NCBI GenBank assembly: GCA_000004695.1
Contig: CM000152.2
Coordinates: forward strand, 5,088,001 to 5,152,000
Length of the DNA stretch: 64,000 bases
Source of the DNA: Dictyostelium discoideum
Taxonomy: Eukaryota
Direction of reading: 5' to 3'
Shown: in pieces, positions 31,386-43,920 of the stretch
How the letters are laid out: every line of letters begins with the position of its first letter
Numbering within the stretch: position 1 is the stretch's first letter
Translations under genes and position numbers: made by a program
The notes under the pieces: generated by a model
The model's input: only the letters and a program-made list of their open reading frames with translations
Told to the model about the DNA's origin: nothing
Database searches by the model: none

Positions 31386-32602
31386 TGATTATTAGCTGAT
31401 GTTGGTTAATGAATATTATTTATTTATTTATTTATTTAATTATTTAATTTATTTATTAATTAATTTATTATTACAATTTGTTGGTTTTTTTTTTTTTTTT
31501 TTTTTATTTTTTTTTTATAAACTTATTTTATTATGTATGATAGTATTATTTATTATTGTTGGTGGCTGTTGTTGTTGTTGTTGTTGTTGTTATTGTGGTT
31601 TGTGTGATTATAATGTTTTTTGATAAAAGTAAAAAAAAAAAAAGAGAAAAAAAAAAATAAAAAATAAAAAATAAAAAATAAAATTTATTATTTTTTTTAT
31701 TTAAAAAAATAAAATAAAATTAAAACAATTTTGAATGTGTGTGTGGTTTGGGGGTTGGAAATTACTATATGCTTTCTTTTTTAAGTTTATTTTTTTATTT
31801 TCTTTTTTTGATTATCTTTTTTGAGATAAAGGGATTAATTAAATTATTATTATTACACTTTTAATTTTATAATACTACAATAAAAATTTTATATTTATAT
31901 ATATATAGTGCGGAGTAAGGAATATATTAAATATAATATTAAATAAATTACTAATGAAGTGTGTTATTTTATTATTATTATTATTACTTTGTTTTTATTT
32001 TTATACTATTATTAATGATATTGTAGTTTAAGTATTAATTTTATGTGTGATGACACTTTTATTTGAAAATTTTTTTTTTTTTTTTTTTTTAATAAAAAAA
32101 ACAAAATTAAAAAAAATTAAAACAAATTGATAAAAAAAAAAAAAATTTTAAAAAAAAAAAAAATTTTAAAAAAAAAATTAGAAATTAAGATTTATTGTAA
32201 TTCAAATCCGACCACCCTTATCATTCAAATGTCTAGAAAGTAATTTTTTTCTTTATTTTTTTTTTGTGCTCTTAATTTTTTATTTAATTTCATTCAATAT
32301 TAATTTAATGATTAAATCATTTTGATTAGTTTTTTTTTTTTTTTTAATTTTTAATTATTAAATTTTTTAATTTTTTAAATTTAGTGCTTTTTATTTGAAT
32401 TGGTATCACCATATTTGGTGCAATCAAAAGTTTTTTTTTTTTTTTATGATTTAATTACATTTTTTTTAATTTTGGATTTAAAATTAAAAAAAAAAAAAAT
32501 AAAAAAATAAAAAAATAATTGATAAAATAACCACAACCCACAGAATTTTCTTGTGATATGACAGTAAAAAATAATTTACATTTTTATTAATTTTTATTTG
32601 TT

Positions 32603-32641
<39 letters not shown>

Positions 32642-33102
32642 CCTAAGGATATACTTATTTTAAACCAATCCATTTCATTTTGTTTTTTTTTTTTTTTGTT
32701 CAATCTAAAAAAAAATTGATATTTTTAAAAATAAATCTTAACTTTAGAGTTAATGCCAGTTTTTTAAAAAACCATAAACTTTCAAAAATTAAAAAAAACA
32801 AACAGTTTATTTTTTTATTTTATTTTTTTAAAAAAAAAATATATATAAATATAAATTTTATAATAATTATTAATTATTTCATTATATTTAAAATAAAAAT
32901 TTGTTATAATTACTATTGTAAAATTATTTATAAAAAAAAATATTACTCTTTCTTTGTATTATTACTTAATTTATTTATTTATTTAAAAATTATTTATTAT
33001 TGTAATATTATTATTATTTCCAAAAAAAAAAATAATAAAAAAAATAAAAAAATAAAATAAAAAAAAAAAAAAAAAAATAAAGAAAAAAAAATAAAAAATA
33101 GA

Positions 33103-34056
33103 ATGGAAAATATTAAAACTATTAAAGAATATATTGAAATTGGTAAAGATAGAAGTGGTAATAATTCACCAATATTTAAATTATATTATGAAAGTTATGG
33201 TGAAATTGAAGCACCAATTAAAATTATATTCATTGCAGGATTTATGTCAAGTGGGAAGAACGATTATTATAAACAAGTGGAATATTTTATGAAACAAGAA
33301 CTTGTTAATAAATGCTACCAAATTGTTATATTTGATAACCGTGGTTCTGGCAACTCTGGCACTCCCAATAAATTTTCAACATTCGATATGGCATTGGATA
33401 TGATAGAATTAATGGACCATTTAGGATGGGACTCTGCACATGTCATCGGTGCGTCCATGGGCGGCATGATTGCGTTGGAATTGGCAACGGTTATACCCCC
33501 ACAAAGAATTCGCTCACTTACATTAGCAGTAACCCACGCAGGCCATACAATTACACCCATCAAAGGTACAAAAGCAGTAACAAAATCAATTTTCACATCT
33601 GATCCAATTAAAAAATCACAAATTACAATTGATTCGTTATATTCCAAAGAGTATTTATCGAAATTGTCCATCGAAGACCCAAGTAGGTCAAATAAAGATG
33701 TTTTGACAGACATTTTCGTCGACAGATTAAAAACCTCAAAAAAACCATCACTAAATGCAATTATGGGTCATTTTAAATCAGTGTTAACTCATTACATATC
33801 TGAAACTAAATTAAAGTATATTAGTAATCAAGAATTTCCAATACAAATAATCACTGGAACAAATGATCATTTAGTTGATCCAAAGAATTCGTTTTATTTG
33901 AAATCCAAATTAAATCCTTGTGAATTTACAGTTTTTCAAGGTTGTGGTCATGCTGTAAATACTGAAAGATTAAATGATTTTAATAATTTAATTCAATCCC
34001 ATATAAATCGTTTTATACCTGATCATAATATTTTAAATCAATATTTAAAAAAATAA
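33103..34056 (+). CDS. Alpha/beta-hydrolase fold protein (317 aa)
   Basis: Single exon. The nucleophile elbow is GASMGG, preceded by VIFDNRGSGNSG (HG/oxyanion region). The late conserved block GTNDHLVD...GCGHAV is consistent with the Asp/His of the catalytic triad. Confidence 0.8.
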   Translation: MENIKTIKEYIEIGKDRSGNNSPIFKLYYESYGEIEAPIKIIFIAGFMSSGKNDYYKQVEYFMKQELVNKCYQIVIFDNRGSGNSGTPNKFSTFDMALDMIELMDHLGWDSAHVIGASMGGMIALELATVIPPQRIRSLTLAVTHAGHTITPIKGTKAVTKSIFTSDPIKKSQITIDSLYSKEYLSKLSIEDPSRSNKDVLTDIFVDRLKTSKKPSLNAIMGHFKSVLTHYISETKLKYISNQEFPIQIITGTNDHLVDPKNSFYLKSKLNPCEFTVFQGCGHAVNTERLNDFNNLIQSHINRFIPDHNILNQYLKK

Positions 34057-34666
34057 AAATAATTTATCAGTAATGAATTTTTTTTTAAACTCTGTTTTAT
34101 TTTTCATTTTTTTTTAGAAATTCAGCTTTAAAATTTAAAACCATATATTAGAAAATTTTCAATTTTATATGGAAAAAAAAAAATAACTTTGAGAAAATAA
34201 AATTATATGATACATGATAACCCATCCATCCAGGTGGTGACCATTTATGCACATATCTCCCCATTCAATGTCAACCAACTTGTAAATTTCAAACGAGATA
34301 TGAATGCCAATGTGGTATACCTATAAATCCTAATTGTTTTCAAATTTATCATAAAGTACCTTGAAAAAAAAAAAAATGAAATAAAAAAAAAAAATAAAAA
34401 TTATTGGTTTTTCTGTCAGAAAATGAAAAAAAAATAAATTAAAAATAAAATTTTAAAACACTATGAGATTGTTTTTATTTTTTTTATTTTTTTTTTTTAT
34501 TTTTTATTGTAATGGTTGTTTTATAATAATTTTATTTTATTTCATATCACTTCTCATTTTTATTTTTTTTTTTTTTTTTTCTAATTTTTTATTTCTTTTT
34601 TTTTTTTTTTGTTTTTTTTTTTGAAAAAAAAAAAAAAAAAAAAAATATTTATTTGTCATCAAAATT

Positions 34667-35845
34667 ATGGAAGAGAAATTATTTGTTAGGTTACCCGCAT
34701 GGTTTTCAAATGATGTATCAAATGAATTTAGGACACTTTGGTGTATGTATTTTTACAAATTTATTTTTAAATAAAATTAATAAATTACTAATTTTTTATA
34801 TTTAATATATTAATGACATTATCAGCTGATAATGGTGGTATTGAAACAATTAGTGCAAGTTCAGCATATTTTATGTTTATAGAATACCCAGGATCAAAAG
34901 AAGCATATGAGCAAATTATAGATAAGGATCATCAATATATTGGATTATCATGTATATATGCTAATTGGATTAAAGATAGTATTAAACATGGTAGAATGTT
35001 ACCATGTAGTAATTATACAGCCGATAAAGAGGATATTGAACATATATATAAAGATCAATATATACAATCATGTCAACAATACTATGAAGAACAAGAAAGA
35101 GAATATAAAAGAAATAAAAAAGAAGAGGAATCAAAACTTTATCAATCATTATATACTGGTGCTACATCATTTAAAGTGCCTAGAAATATTAAACAAAATT
35201 ATATAAATCCAAATTCTACAAGTTTAGTTGACTTGAAAGATTTTATGAATGTTTTAGATTTAGCTTCTTCATTTAATAATAATAATAATAATAATAAAAA
35301 TAAATCAGTTTATAATTCAATAGATTTAAATCGTGAATGTGTAAATTTTATACCACCAGATACTAGTCCTAATGTTAATAGTAGGCTTAATGGAAGTAAT
35401 ATTGTAACAAGATCAAGTAAACAAACTACATTAGATTTTTTCCTATCACCAACAAATAAAAAAACAATTTCAACTACTAGTAATATAAATGATGATGAAA
35501 ATAGAAATTATAAAAATAAAAACAACAATAATAATAAAAATATTAGTGTTATTGATGATATTTCAGGTGAAGATGATGAAAATATATGGATTGATAATAA
35601 TGGTAAAAGTAGTAGTACTACAACATCAAAAATAAAAAATAATTCATTTTATGAAAAACAATGGAATTTAGATCCCACTCCTTCTAAACCGATATCTAGT
35701 GGAATAATTAAACCTGCACCACCAAAAATGAAACCTCAAAATGATTTACCTGAAAGTGCTGAGGATGAGTTTTCCGATCCAGAAAAAACTCAACTTGGAT
35801 CAAATATACCTGTTTCACCGATTGCTGCTTATAAAAGATCAGCTT

Positions 35846-35894
<49 letters not shown>

Positions 35895-35952
35895 TATAAA
35901 TAATAATGATAATAATAATGATAATAATAATAATGATAATAATGATAATAAC

Positions 35953-36050
<98 letters not shown>

Positions 36051-36147
36051 TAATAGTGATAATAATAATAATAATATAAATAATAATAATAATATAAATA
36101 ATATAAATAATAATAATAATAATAAAGAAATTGTTATTTTGGATTAA
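34667..36147 (+). CDS. BRCT-domain protein with a long poly-N C-terminus (2 exons)
   Basis: Exon 1 is 34667-34742 (MEEKLFVRLPAWFSNDVSNEFRTLW, donor T|GTATGT). The intron is 34743-34825. Exon 2 is 34826-36147. The BRCT-like core is YFMFIEYPGSKEAYEQIIDKDHQYIGLSCIYANWIKDSIKHGRMLP. The 3' third is (AAT)n. Confidence 0.55.
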
Positions 36148-36820
36148 CATCTTTATGTAAAATTTGTTAGAACAATTTAATAATTTAATGTATAGTAACT
36201 TTTTATTTTTTTTAATTTTTATTTTTCCAACCTTGTGATTTGGGGATTCCTCCCGATAACTTTGATTTTTCCAAATTTTTTTTTTTTTTTTTTTTTTTTT
36301 TCACTCCGTTTCTTTTTTTCTTGACTTTTTGTAAATTAAGAAAAGAACATCAAAAAGTCACTTTTATACCTCCATTACACAAAAAATCCACTTTAAAACG
36401 GAGTGATGTATCCATTACATATTATTATTATTAAAAGTTAATTTTCTGAGGAAGCTGCATAGAAAATAAATAAAAAAAAAGAGGTGAACAACCAACCAGC
36501 ACCACATAAAATTACTTTTCACCACTTCATTGATTGAATTTTTATATTTTGCACTCCTCTTTTTTTTTATTTATTTTTTATTTTCTGTTCGGCCAACCAA
36601 ATTTAAATTTTCAATCAAAAAAAAAAAAAAAAATTATATAAATAAAAATAAAAAAAAAAAATTGTTTAAAAAAATAAAAAAAAAAAAATAATTAATATTA
36701 ATAATCATTAAAAATTAATTTTTTACAAATAAATATATATATTAGTCATTAATATTATTTTTTTTTATTAATTTTTAATTTTTTTTTTTTTTTCAAAATA
36801 AATAAATAAAAAAAAAAAAA

Positions 36821-37936
36821 ATGTCAACATCAAAAGAAGTTTTTAATAATTCAAGTGATTGCCAAAATGAATATGATTTATTATTTAATAAATATAATAA
36901 TTTATTATTGGGATTAAACAATGGAAGTGGGAGCGGTAGTAGTGATGAATGTTCAAGAGACTCAAATATTGAATACACAAGACCACTTCATATTGGTGCA
37001 ATTTTTATAATTCTAGTTGCTTCTTTTATTGGAACTGGTTTACCAATTTTGGCAACAAATATTAAAAAATTCCAAATTCCAAATTATTTAATTATTTTTG
37101 GAAAATCAATTGGTATTGGTGTAATATTAGCATGTTCTTTAATTCATATGTTACAACCAGCAGTTGAATCTTTATCATCACCATGTTTACCAGAGTCGTT
37201 TACAGAGGATTATGAAGCGTATCCATATCTATTTGCATTATTAGCTGGCATTGTTATGCATTTTTTTGACTTTTCATTTTTATCATATATTATTTATAAA
37301 AATAATAAAAAACTAAAAAATTCAAATGATAAAATTTCAACATCTTCTTCAAATGGGTTAACACAAAGTGGTAATGAATTAACAAATTCTTGTAGTGGAG
37401 GCGGTCATTTACATGGTGGATTAATATTAATGAATTCAGAATCTTTAAAAACAATTGAAGCTTATTTATTAGAGTTTGGTATAACTATGCATTCAATATT
37501 TATTGGATTAACTGTGGGTGTTGTTGATGATATTGGTTTAAAGTCTTTACTTGTTGCACTTTCATTTCATCAATTTTTTGAAGGTGTTGCTTTAGGTTCA
37601 AGAATTTCAGATGCAAACTTAACTTCCCATTGGCATGAAGCACTATTAGCTAGCATTTTTTCATTTTCTGCCCCAGTTGGAATCGCTATTGGTATTGGCG
37701 TTGTTTCATCAATAAATGTAAATGGAGAAACTTTCTTATTCGTTCAAGGTATTTTCGATGCTGTTTGTTCTGGAATTCTTTTATACATTGGATTTAATTT
37801 GTTATTTAAAGATTTTCCTGAGGATATGGAGAAAACTTGTAATGGTAAAAAACATCAATTCATTTTAAAAATGGGTCTTTTCTTTGCTATTTGGTTAGGT
37901 GCTGGATTAATGAGTTTTATTGGTAAATATTTATAA
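36821..37936 (+). CDS. ZIP (ZRT/IRT-like) metal-ion transporter
   Basis: Single exon, 371 aa, 8 predicted TM helices. ZIP signatures are LEFGITMHSIFIGLTVGV and the TM5 motif HQFFEGVALGS. A variable cytoplasmic loop includes a histidine cluster (GGGHLHGG). Confidence 0.85.
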   Translation: MSTSKEVFNNSSDCQNEYDLLFNKYNNLLLGLNNGSGSGSSDECSRDSNIEYTRPLHIGAIFIILVASFIGTGLPILATNIKKFQIPNYLIIFGKSIGIGVILACSLIHMLQPAVESLSSPCLPESFTEDYEAYPYLFALLAGIVMHFFDFSFLSYIIYKNNKKLKNSNDKISTSSSNGLTQSGNELTNSCSGGGHLHGGLILMNSESLKTIEAYLLEFGITMHSIFIGLTVGVVDDIGLKSLLVALSFHQFFEGVALGSRISDANLTSHWHEALLASIFSFSAPVGIAIGIGVVSSINVNGETFLFVQGIFDAVCSGILLYIGFNLLFKDFPEDMEKTCNGKKHQFILKMGLFFAIWLGAGLMSFIGKYL

Positions 37937-38103
37937 ACTATTATAAATAAATAAAAAAATTAAGGTTTTAAAAATTATAAATAATGCCAAATCATTGTTT
38001 TTGTTATTTTATTTATTATTATTATTATTATAATCATATATCTCTGCAAAATTGAGTTTGACATTTTAATCCAATTGACAAGCCTTATTTTTAAGTAATA
38101 TCA

Positions 38104-38114
38104 GACATCGAACC
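38104..38114 (-). promoter_or_regulatory. Extra B-box (ex-B) Pol III element 32 bp downstream of the tRNA
   Basis: Minus-strand GGTTCGATGTC matches the B-box consensus GGTTCGANTCC. It lies just 3' of the tRNA-Arg, as is characteristic of dictyostelid tRNA genes. Confidence 0.5.
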
Positions 38115-38145
38115 TACGATCTATATTTTTAGGATTCTAAAAATT

Positions 38146-38218
38146 CACCCATTGTGGGTCTCGATCCCACGACCTGCAGCTTAGAAGGCTGCCGCAATTC
38201 CAACTTTGCTAAACGGGC
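38146..38218 (-). tRNA. tRNA-Arg (anticodon UCU), 73 nt, intron-less
   Basis: Reverse complement: GCCCGTT-T-A-GCAA-AGTTGGAA-TTGC-G-GCAGC-CTTCTAA-GCTGC-AGGTC-GTGGG-ATCGAGA-CCCAC-AATGGGT-G. The acceptor stem is 7 bp with two G·U pairs. The D-loop carries AGTTGG. The anticodon loop is C-U-UCU-A-A. The T-arm is GTGGG/CCCAC. The T-loop reads A54...A60 rather than the usual T54. Confidence 0.8.
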
Positions 38219-38417
38219 TTTGATGAAATTATTGTTTATAATACTAAAAATTATTATAATTTATTTAAAAAAAATTTTAAACAATTATTATTGGGGTTAT
38301 AAAATTGTGTATAAAAGACTTTAAAAAAAATAAAGAAAATGATTCAATGTACACTTAAATATAATTAAATAATAAATATAATAAACATTTAATAAATATT
38401 AAATAACATTTTAAAAA

Positions 38418-41400
38418 TTAATTAAATTTATTTAATTTATTTAAAATTAAATCCTCAACGATTTCATCATTTGGTTTAAATTTGAAGTTATTGATCCAAG
38501 TATCCCTTGGGTCTCTATAAACAATGATATTTGGTTCATGTTTATGAGTAATATTACCTAAAGTTGCTGAATGTATAAGGTTTTTACATTGTAAGGATTC
38601 ACAATAATTAGAAATGGATGATGGACATTTATTACAATGATATTTTAAATTCTCACCACAACCACATTTTTCATCATCGGTAACTACTGTGACTTGATCT
38701 TTTATATTTTCTTGTTGTTGATTATTAGTTACTTTTTCCTCCTCTTTTTTAATTGATGGTGGTTTAATTAATTTATTTTGGTGTGAAGTTATTAAAAATT
38801 CATTAAATTTAAATAATAAATATTTATAATATTTTAAAATTAAATATAATAAAATTAAAAATAGTATAAAAGAGATTGGTACTAAAGTTGAAATTAATAA
38901 AATTTTATCATTTTTTTCATTTGAATAAATTGTCGTTTGATTATTTAAATATTTACTATCAAAAGGTAATTGAATATATTGAATTACTGATTTACCATAT
39001 GGATTCCAACATTTTTCTAAATTTACAATTGATGATACTTTACACATAATCATTTCATTATCCTTAATAGATTTTAGATTTGATGGGTAAGGTGATTTAT
39101 CTGATACTATAATTTTAAATTTAAAATTATAATAACGTCCTGCTGGTATATATGAAACAATTTCATCATTCTCTATTGAAATAAATTGTTTTATAGTACC
39201 ATTACCATTATCACATGCTAATCTAAATATAACTACACCACCAGCATCTCCCATATTATAAATATAACCTGTTAAATTTATGGAATAAAATTGATGTTGA
39301 TTTAATGAATTTTCATTAAAACTAAAATTATAGTTTTCTAGTGTATCTGTTGTTAATTTATACCAATTTGAAAATTTTAAATTTAATACATTATTAGAAT
39401 TTTGATAATAATTTAAATTTCCAATAATATATTGATTTGGATAAATTAATGAAACTTGAGGTGGAGTTGTATAAATTGGTGTTGATAAATTGGTTGACAA
39501 TAAAGGATCCCATCCACATGGTAAAGTTGGTAATTTAGAAACTATTAAAATTTCAATTGTTTTATTAATTGTTGACCAACATAATTTTGGTAAAACTAAA
39601 AATTGAATTTTAATTTCTAAATCATTAAAATTTAATAAAGAAGAGGATGAAAAGGATGAAGAAAATTTATTTGGTAAAAAACCAAATAAAAATGTAAAAG
39701 TCCAATATGAATTTGATTGAATTTCACATTCAATAATTGATTCATTTAATATTAAAATTACAGATGGATTATTAATTTGAACTAATGATTTAACTAATCC
39801 ATTACCATTTCCATTATTCTTAATCATAATATTTTTGAAAGAATAATAAATTAAATTATTTGATGTTGAATTATTCATTCCATATAAAAAATAATCAAAA
39901 TATTCATTAATAATTGTTTTTAAACCCCAATCTGATGAATAAATATATTCAATTTGATTATTTGTAGTTGTTGTTAAAAATACTTCATCAAATGTATTAG
40001 TAATACAAGGATCAATAAATTTAAATAATTTAAATGAACTTTTAATTGATTTACCAGAATTTGTCCAACAACTTTGAATTGGTTCTTCAGAATCTTTAAT
40101 TTCAATTAATAAATTACAATCGATAATATCTAAAAGTTTTTGATCTGGAGTTGTTGGTAAACTTGATATTCTCCAACCAATAAAACAAGATGAATTCTCT
40201 GAAATAAAACAACTTGATTTTTTTGAATCATAAAGTACTGTAGTTGTAAATCCAACATCATTACATGTTAAAGTTGAAATAACATTACCATACCCATATT
40301 CAACATTTTTAACTTGTAATGATAAATCTTGGTAATAATAATTTGGTTCAATAATTGTATTTTCACCTTTATAATAATTCCATTTTCCAATTTTAAAATT
40401 TAAATCTGAAAATTCCAATGTGTTATTGAGTAGTAAATTTGAATCCCAAAAACTTAAAGGTTTAAATAATGATGGTTCTAACCAATTACCAGCACATGGT
40501 AAATAATGTGGATAAACTAAGAATGGATTTTGTAAAAATGATTTACCAAGATCACTTTGACATTCTTGATGATCAGTTTTAATTGATAATTGACATTCGA
40601 CACTATAGGATTTAATATTTGTTGGATAAGAAAATACTTGAAAAATGAATTTTCTAATTTCACCTGATGGAATTGTAATTGTATATGAATCAGCCCAAAC
40701 AAAAACACTATCTGAACAATTACCAATATCAATTGTAAAATCACCAGATTTACCACCACCATTTTTAATTACAATCGATGGAAATTGGTTATATAATGTA
40801 TCAACTGGCCCAAATCTAATACTATTTTTATTTAATGAATTCTCTAAAACTTTTAATGGATGTTTTTTTGGTAATGGATTACTATCCATTGATGGAAACC
40901 ATTGGCTTACACCAAATGAATAATTTGGTATAGCATTACCATTACTATATTCAAATAAACTATATTCAATCAATGGCTCTTTGCCTGTATTATAAATTTG
41001 TACACATTTATCATATGGATATAAAAGATTAAATGAAACTAAATTCTCTTGATCATAATTTAACCAACAAATTGTATTTGGTTTATAAAGTTTAGTTTTA
41101 ATTTTACAAGTTAATTGTATACCATCGATTGGTGATGATTCACCATATAATAAAAATTGAACAATTGAAGTTTTTGATTTTTCCAATCCTTTTGTAATTA
41201 TAAAATTTTCATCATTTATCATAAAGATATTTACATTAGCTGGTGGTTGAATATTTGATTGACAATCTAATGTTGAAATGAAATCACCAGTATTATTACC
41301 AATATTTTTAATTTCAATTTCAATTGTAATTGAATTTAAAAAATTACCTAAATTATTCCAACCACTATATTTAATTATTGGTTGTAAATCTTTTGAAATA

Positions 41401-43888
41401 ATTGGTTCACTATTTATATTTAAACATGGATCTGGTATATTACAACCATTAAAAATTGGTATTTCAACCATTTTTTTAATTGATTTATTAATTGAACTCC
41501 AAATTGGTCTATTTTTAATATCAATCCACATTGAAACATTACATTGAATCATTTTAGATTTATAAAATTTTTCAATACCAACATTTACAAAAAATGAACG
41601 TTTTTGATTTGAATCACCCGGTATAATTTGTGCAAAATTTACAATTTCCAAATAAACATCTTGAATACAATCGATATCAAAATTTACAATTGAACTTTCT
41701 TTACCAAAATTAATAATATCAAATTGAAATTGACCAAAACATTCTTTACCAATTGTTGTACCTGCTATACCAACCCAAGTTAAATTATCTGAATGAATCA
41801 TTGGTTCAAAAAATTCAAATTCACTAAAATAAACTTTAAATAAAGCTTGATTTGAATTAAATTTCATTAATAATTCTGATGAAGTTGAATTAATAATTGT
41901 ACGATCGCCACCACCACCATTACCTTCAATTGATTGACCACCAACATTTATCCAATTTGGTATCATTAAATCTAATGTATATCCACCATCTTGAATATAA
42001 TGTTGAATTTGATTTTTTACATTTGAACCATGTTCTTGATTACAAAATCCAACAGCTTGTTGTTTATACCAATCTGCAACATTTAAACCAATTTGATTCA
42101 TACCATTACCAACACTCGATTTTGGTATAATTAAACCATTTCCATTTAAATCTTTTGAATCTGGTACAAATAAAATACTATTTGCCAATGATTGATATTG
42201 ATTACTTGAAACTGTAAAATCTACAAATACTCCAACCAATAAATCTTTTGTCAAATAATAATCACTTTTACTATTATTATTATTCATTTTAATTTTAATT
42301 GATTCATCATCATCATTTATATTATGTCCAAAATTAATTTGTAAATCTCTATTAATTTTTAAATTTTCTAATTTGAAATTAAAACCTTTATATGGATTTA
42401 AAAATCCTAAACTATGAATAGTTGGTTTACCATGATTAACCGTAAATGAATTTCTTAATGAATTTTGTGGACATTGAAAATAATCTTTATAAAATTCATT
42501 TGCGTTTTCACCAATTAAAATATAAATTTCTTTAATCAAATTATTAGTTGTTGATTTAAATATAAAATTTGATTTATAATTTTCAATTAAAAATTTTGAA
42601 TCAATACTTGACTTTTTTTTTTCCAAACATATTAAAAAAATTAATATATACCCAAAAAAAAAAATATATATTTAAATTAATTATTATTATTATTATTAAC
42701 TTACATTCATATTAAAAATTTTTAAAACATTTTCATCACCATATAAAACTTGATTATAATAACCACTATTATAAAGTGAAATATAATTATCTAAAGTTTT
42801 AAAATCAATTACATTTAAATCTTGATAAGGTGCATTTTGAGGATCAGAAGTTAATTGAACTTCATAGGGTGGTGAATAACTTTTTATATAATCAAGTGGT
42901 ATAGAAACTGAAATATCTTGATTTGTTTGAATTTTAATTTGATAATCTTTAAACTTATATTGAAAACCTTGATATGTTACACTATTTAAAACAGTTGAAA
43001 CAATACCTTTACCAACTGATACTGGTAATACTAAGGAATAATAAAATTTTTGATTAGATCCAGAACAAATTTTACTACTTGATTTTATTGAATCACTTAT
43101 AGTTGAACATAATTCTACTTTTAATGTACTTGGATAAATTTGTGTACTACTTGGATTTTTAAAATTCCATATTGGTTCTACTCTTTTAGAAATTGGACAA
43201 CTTGAAAGGAATGGATTAACCTCTAATTTTGGTGGTGCTACTGAATTACTTGAATAAACATTTATTGATCTAGCTCCAATTAAATATCTATTTTCACTTG
43301 ATAAACCAATATTACTTTGAAAGTATAAACTATTTGAAATTGGTAAATTTATAAATGTTAACCAAATTCTATTACCAACTCCCTTTGTTTTTGATGAATT
43401 TGGTAAATATGTTTTATTTGTAATTTTATCCCAAAAATTCTAAAATATTTTTAAAGTTTATAAAATAATTAATATTTAATTAATATTTTTAAATTAATTA
43501 TTAGATTTAATAAAAATTAAAAAAAAATTATAAAAAAAAAACTAAAATAAAATAAAATAATAATAATAATAATAATTACAAATATAGGTAATCCTGTAAC
43601 ATCTTGATATTTAAAAAATGACAATAATTCTATATCTGATACTGAAGTAGTTTTTGAATAACTAACACCATCAAATATATAAATTGGATTTTGATTAAAT
43701 TCCACCATTAATTCAAATGAATTTGGATTTAAAATAATTGTACCTGATGGTGGCTCAACAATATATGAAAAACATCCTAAATCTAATGATGATTTAACAT
43801 CATTTATTTGTGAATTTACAAATAAATCATTATATTTAAATATTATTGAAATTATTGCCAATACAAAAAAATAAAAATTAATTTTCTG

Positions 43889-43891
<3 letters not shown>
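38418..43891 (-). CDS. Large (~1,746 aa) type I transmembrane glycoprotein with a Cys/His-rich cytoplasmic tail; 3 exons
   Basis: Exon 1 is 43580-43891 (signal peptide MQKINFYFFVLAIISIIF; donor TTT|GTAATT). Exon 2 is 42705-43439. Exon 3 is 38418-42611. All phases are 0. The ectodomain has many N-x-S/T sites and Cys pairs. A single TM helix (ILLISTLVPISFILFLILLYLIL) lies about 150 aa from the C-terminus. The tail contains CGCGENLKYHCNKCPSSISNYCESLQCKNLIH. No family recognised. Confidence 0.6.

Positions 43892-43920
<29 letters not shown>

Noticed and set aside
38094-38125. Possible second, partial tRNA next to tRNA-Arg (GGTTCGATGTC T-loop-like sequence).
   Set aside because: No acceptor, D-arm or anticodon arm can be built around it. 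It fits the isolated extra B-box that accompanies dictyostelid tRNA genes.
42612-42704. Apparent start codon MEKKK at 42626-42630 for the large membrane-protein ORF.
   Set aside because: The ORF track start is a TTG, and the in-frame ATG just upstream lies within a 93-bp GTAAGT...AAG intron. The reading frame is continuous with an upstream exon (42705-43439) that carries the rest of the ectodomain and, further up, a signal peptide.
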